This document shows, in pieces, positions 59,581 through 64,000 of a stretch of 64,000 nt of DNA. The notes under the pieces are model-generated. The model was not told where the DNA came from and ran no database searches. It saw nothing but the letters and a program-made list of their open reading frames with translations. A program made the translations under genes and the position numbers. Positions within the stretch are counted from its first letter, which is position 1; each line of letters opens with the position of its first letter. This DNA is from Lama guanicoe (taxonomy: Eukaryota): contig MU054323.1 in NCBI GenBank assembly GCA_013239625.1, forward strand, positions 16,620,029 through 16,684,028. Reading direction: 5' to 3'.

Positions 59581-61409
59581 TTTTAATTGAACTTACCTAG
59601 CAGTGATTTATAGATTCCCTACTACTCTCTAACCAACCTTATCCTGGAAATCAGGTCAAAACTTAAATTTCCTGTTTGCTATCCCCAAAACATGGACACA
59701 CACTTATACTCTCAAAATTTCAAGCCCTGACCAGTTAAGCAAACTGAGCTAATTTCTCTCTCGTCTTTTATAACGGCCCATCAGGATACCTAAATCAATC
59801 CAACTGACTCTTGCCCAGAGTCTGACAGCTGATCTAACACTGAAACTACCAGTGGAAAGGATGCGAGTTTTGCAGGTACCCTCATGGATACACGGTGTCC
59901 ACCAGGCTGTTACCTCTGGCTGTCTCTAGACAGCTAGCAAATGTGCAAGTTGGGACCGGTGATTCTGGCAACAGCAAATGAGTAGAATCAACCACATTGT
60001 AAGCTTTGTAGGAGCAGCTCATTCCAGCAGAGAGCACTACAAAGACTTCTGCTAAGAATTATGAGAAACATCAGGAACGCTCTTCGTGACTTGGGATTGT
60101 AATTGAAACATAGCATCTAATCAATCTTACCTGTTTGGACAAAATTCCTATTTGGCCCTATAGTCAAAATGTCTTTAATGGGCAAGTTGGTGTCTTGCTT
60201 GAGTGATCAGCTTCTGGATAAGGACTTGACCCAGTAGGAGTGCAACATTTCTAAAAGTTACTTGAATCTTTAAAATACTGGGAATTTCTGACACATCTGA
60301 CAAATTTTTCAGTAGAATGTTAATGGGGGAAATTTCCCTCCTCATCATGGTAATGCCATATCCACTTCAAATTAACATCGAAGCCCTGCTGTGTGCTCTG
60401 TTCCAGGGTCACGCCTAGTCATAGCTAGTCTTCATCAAGTTATATAATCAAAGGATCTATGTGTGATGAAGCCAACTAAAGACAGTTTCCACATTAAGTC
60501 TCCCCTCAACCCTTTTAAAAAGCTGAGTGGTTTTTTTGGATGGCAGCATTATGTGTAGATTATTACACTTACTCCAATGAATTTCACACAAAGTGAACCA
60601 TGTGAACTCTTTCCTCTCGATAGTTGCTTCACTCACCACTCATCCTGCTGACCTGGGAGAAGACAGAATAGCTGCAGAGTGTTTCTGAAACGATTTCTCC
60701 TGGTGGGTTACTGAGGCCAAGCTCATGACATACCCTCCACAAAGTACACAAACTCCTAAACTTTCAAGAGACTTCGTGCACAGCTTTGGAAAGGCGGAGT
60801 TCCGATCCAGAACTTTTGAAAATGTTCGATTTCAGAAGATAATAAGGTGCATGTTAAAATTTCTCATAAAACATTAAAGAGGCAACTTAATGTTCCACTA
60901 AAATTTTAAGAGTTGTCATGTCTTTATAATTTGCGACGTTTTCTTTCTTACTAGATACTGAATAACCTTCATCGTAACATGAAAATCTCTGTTGTGCCTA
61001 AAAGCTGCCCAAAAGCTTCTCATTTGGTCATTTTGCGTACTTTTGAATTACAAAAAGCAGTGTTAACAGGTGAATGGGATCATAGAGATAATCTGCTAGA
61101 CCAGCCTTCTCGTTTTTTTTTACCCATAAACAGTTCAAGCTCTGCTGCATAAGTAACACAAATGGGCTCAGAAACCTGGTGAGTGGCTGAGCCGGGACCA
61201 GGTCCCAGGTCTGGGACTCTTAAGGCTTTTGCTTCTTGAGTCCAGAGCCTCTTCCATTTAACTAAGTAGAGTCCAATGTGTTTGGCATAGACAGCGGGTG
61301 TAGGAGGGAGGGAAGGAGGTCTGAGAATGGTAACATGCATGTTTCTACCCGTTCTAAGTGCTTTGCCTGTATTAGTTCATTTAATCCTCACAGTGTCTTC
61401 CATGTATCT

Positions 61410-62140
61410 TCTTTTTGGGGCTGTATCTAAATATTTTGCCTAACCCAAGGTCATAAAGATTTTCTCCTAAAAGTTTTATGATTTTTCGTTTTACGCTTTA
61501 ATCTGTGACCCATTCTAGTTTAATATTTGCATATGATGTGAGTTATGGATTGAAGTTCATTTATTGTGTATGGAAATACACTTGTTCCAAGCACCATCTA
61601 CTGAAAAGACGATTATTTCTCCACTGAATTTCCTTTGCACCTTTATCGAAAATCAGTTTTCCATTTATGCATGGGTCTATTTATCTACTTTCTATTTTGT
61701 TCCATTGATCTATTAACAGTAATAACGCCAATACCACACTCTATTGGTTACTGTGGTTTTATATTGTCTAAAATCAGATAGTGTTATTCTTCCAAGTTTG
61801 GTCCTCGTTTGTAACTTGTTTTGGCTATTCTAAGTTCTTTGCATTTCCATGTGAATTTTAGAGCCAGTTTTTCAACTTCTAAAAAAAAAAAATCTAGCTG
61901 GAATTTTGATTGGCATTGTGTTGATCAATTTGTCTCCTCAACTAAAGGAGATGTGGGACTCCTTTAGGGTTTCCCTTCTGTGCACCGCTGACTGGAAACT
62001 CTGCAGGCAGTGATCTGGGCAGTTGTAGGGCTTGACTTTGTCTGTTACTCATCTCTCAGGGATCAGTGTCCTTTCTTTCCTGCTGACCAATATCTTGAAA
62101 ACAATTGATTCATATACCTTGTCCACGTTTGGGATTTTGA
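61410..62140 (-). mobile_element. L1 fragments
   Basis: ttgcctaacccaaggtcataaagattttctcc...gcaccatctactgaaaagac...ggaattttgattggcattgtgttga. Confidence 0.8.
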
Positions 62141-62814
62141 AAGACAGAAATCGTGATTTGGGGAGTTGTAACTGCAGCACTTTCCAGACCTATAAACCGT
62201 TATTTTGTACATAGCAAACCCTAACATATTGAACTTCTTTTTTAAACATTTCTGTAATATTCATCTATAAAATAAAGCAAGTCGAACAATTGCACTATGA
62301 AGTTAGTTACTTAATTGGACTCTGGTTAGAACTCTGAGGTAAATTTTTGTTCGGTTTTATAGAACATTCTTAAATTTTGGCCAATAAAGTTTGCATATGA
62401 AGAATTAAATTATTTCTTTCCTCCTTCTTAAATACTTGATATTTACATATCGCAACTGATTTAAAATTGGGGAACCTGATTGGGAAATAGTCTGCTGAAA
62501 ATTACAGGTGGAAATAGCATTGGAAATTTTTAATGCTGTGTAACTGTGCCTCTACCAAAGACTATTTGGACAGCCCCCTCCAGTCAGGCGGCTGCAGTGG
62601 ACTGTGAAATTCGTCAGGAGCCTAAGACTGTCCTATTTTTTAAAGGTCCCAGTCATGAAGATAGCAGTTTTCCAGCCAAGCTACTGATTCGGTTATTTAT
62701 TTTGTCTCTTTGTTTGAAATGCATTTTATTTCCTTAGTGTTCTTCAGTCCTAGGAGGTCGGGGTACTTAGCAATGGTAATTAATCACATATATATTGAGC
62801 TAATATGGGATCAT

Positions 62815-63110
62815 CCAAGGTCTGATCCATGTTTGTGAGTCTCAAGCTTATACAGTTTGGAGAATCATTGAGAAAAAGAACACAAAAATACAAAATTAGG
62901 TATGAAATTAACTTTCCTTAGAATGAAAGAGACATCGCAACTGATTATAAAATTTTAAAAGCTGACAAATGTCACAAATATTACAAAATTTTTTTAAAAA
63001 ATCATTATTTTCATTAACTCTGAGGCATACCTCCAGGATACTTTTTTCCTATATTTTGCCACATACTCTTTGTTCACTTTGTCAAAAGACATTAATTTTT
63101 TTTTAACATC
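62815..63110. mobile_element. MER53/BLACKJACK-like hAT DNA transposon relic
   Basis: gatccatgtttgtgagtctcaagcttatacagtttgg...agaaaaagaacacaaaaatacaaaattaggta. Confidence 0.6.
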
Positions 63111-63502
63111 ATTGTCTAGAGAGAGAACAGAGGATGGCCACTCCTGCAGCAGCTAGTCCAGCTCTGCCCAGCCTTAGCACCTCTGGTTCCCAGCCCCGTT
63201 GCACCCCAGCTGCGAGTAGGTCCCCGGAAGCCTTGAAGCCTGGACTGTGGTGGCCCCTGAGCAGGGGACCAAGCAGCACCTTATTCATATCCTCCTTGGA
63301 GTGCAATTCAGGGTCTAGAGTGTAGGCTTCAGAAGTGAGCTATCCACCAGGGTGTGTAGGGGACCTCAGCCTGCACAGCTCCTCAAGCCTTCCTAGTTGG
63401 GGGCTGGGGCTTCTCTGAGGAGGACAGGCAGGGACAGGAGCAGGAAGAGGTGGGCACGAATCCATACAGGTGAGGTCCCCTGAGTAAGAGCAGACTAACT
63501 CC

Positions 63503-63646
63503 GGCAGGAGGGTATAGCTCAGTGGTAGAGCTCGTGCTTAGCACACATGAGGTCCTGGGTTCAATCCCCAGTGTCTCCATTAAAATAGATAAACCTAATT
63601 ACCTCCCCTCAAAACAGACGATACGAAATTTTTTTTTTTTTTTAAA
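63503..63646 (+). mobile_element. tRNA(Ala)-derived SINE of camelid type, with 13-bp TSD
   Basis: GGAGGGTATAGCTCAGTGGTAGAG (A box)...GGTTCAATCCC (B box)...AAACCTAATTACCTCCCC tail. TSD AAGAGCAGACTAA at 63486-63498 and 63647-63659. Confidence 0.88.
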
Positions 63647-64000
63647 AAGAGCAGACTAATACCAATATCTGGCCGTCTTCTTCCAACTGCTGACAGCGTA
63701 AAAGCCGAAGTCCTCAGCGAGGCTCTCAGGATACCCGTGCCCCACCCGGTCTGTCTTCCAGCGGGCCTCCCACCGCCCCCACGTCCCCCACGCACGGTCT
63801 GTGTTCCAAACCTGCCTCAGATGCTTCTGCCATCTGGCTTGGGGTTTTTTTCGTCTTCTAGGGCCACCTTCCCTCCCCCATGTCCACTTGTGGAAATCTC
63901 CCTCCCCACTCCAGGCCTGGCTCCAGTGAGGGGAGTTCTCCCACGAAACCTTCCTGATGTGCATGACTTGATGTGCTCGCTCCCTCCTCAGAATAGCAGG

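Noticed and set aside
63508..63580. Functional tRNA-Ala gene
   Set aside because: Followed by a SINE-type tail, flanked by a TSD, and diverged in the anticodon arm.

Overview
Mammalian genomic DNA, most likely a camelid (inferred from a tRNA-Ala-derived SINE of camelid type at ~63.5 kb). The window holds the complete RMDN2 gene (regulator of microtubule dynamics 2, FAM82A1) on the + strand. It has a CpG-island promoter at ~5.9-6.7 kb and ten coding exons (11827-58527) that splice with canonical GT-AG junctions into an intact 1233-nt ORF (410 aa: N-terminal TM anchor, coiled coil, FFAT-like motif, TPR-like C-terminus). The rest is intronic or intergenic DNA with L1, L2, CR1, MIR, LTR and DNA-transposon relics. 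Most notable: (1) a second internal RMDN2 start (MGKCLSC, myristoylation/palmitoylation-like) spliced to a large Ser-rich exon in intron 2 whose frame is broken by one in-frame TAA; (2) a decayed C2H2 zinc-finger array in the last intron; (3) an apparent mRNA-3'-end/L1 chimeric retro-insertion in intron 8; (4) several splice-site oddities. I see no evidence of a wholly new multi-gene system. Repeat family names come from recognition of consensus sequence, not from a database search, and repeat boundaries are approximate.
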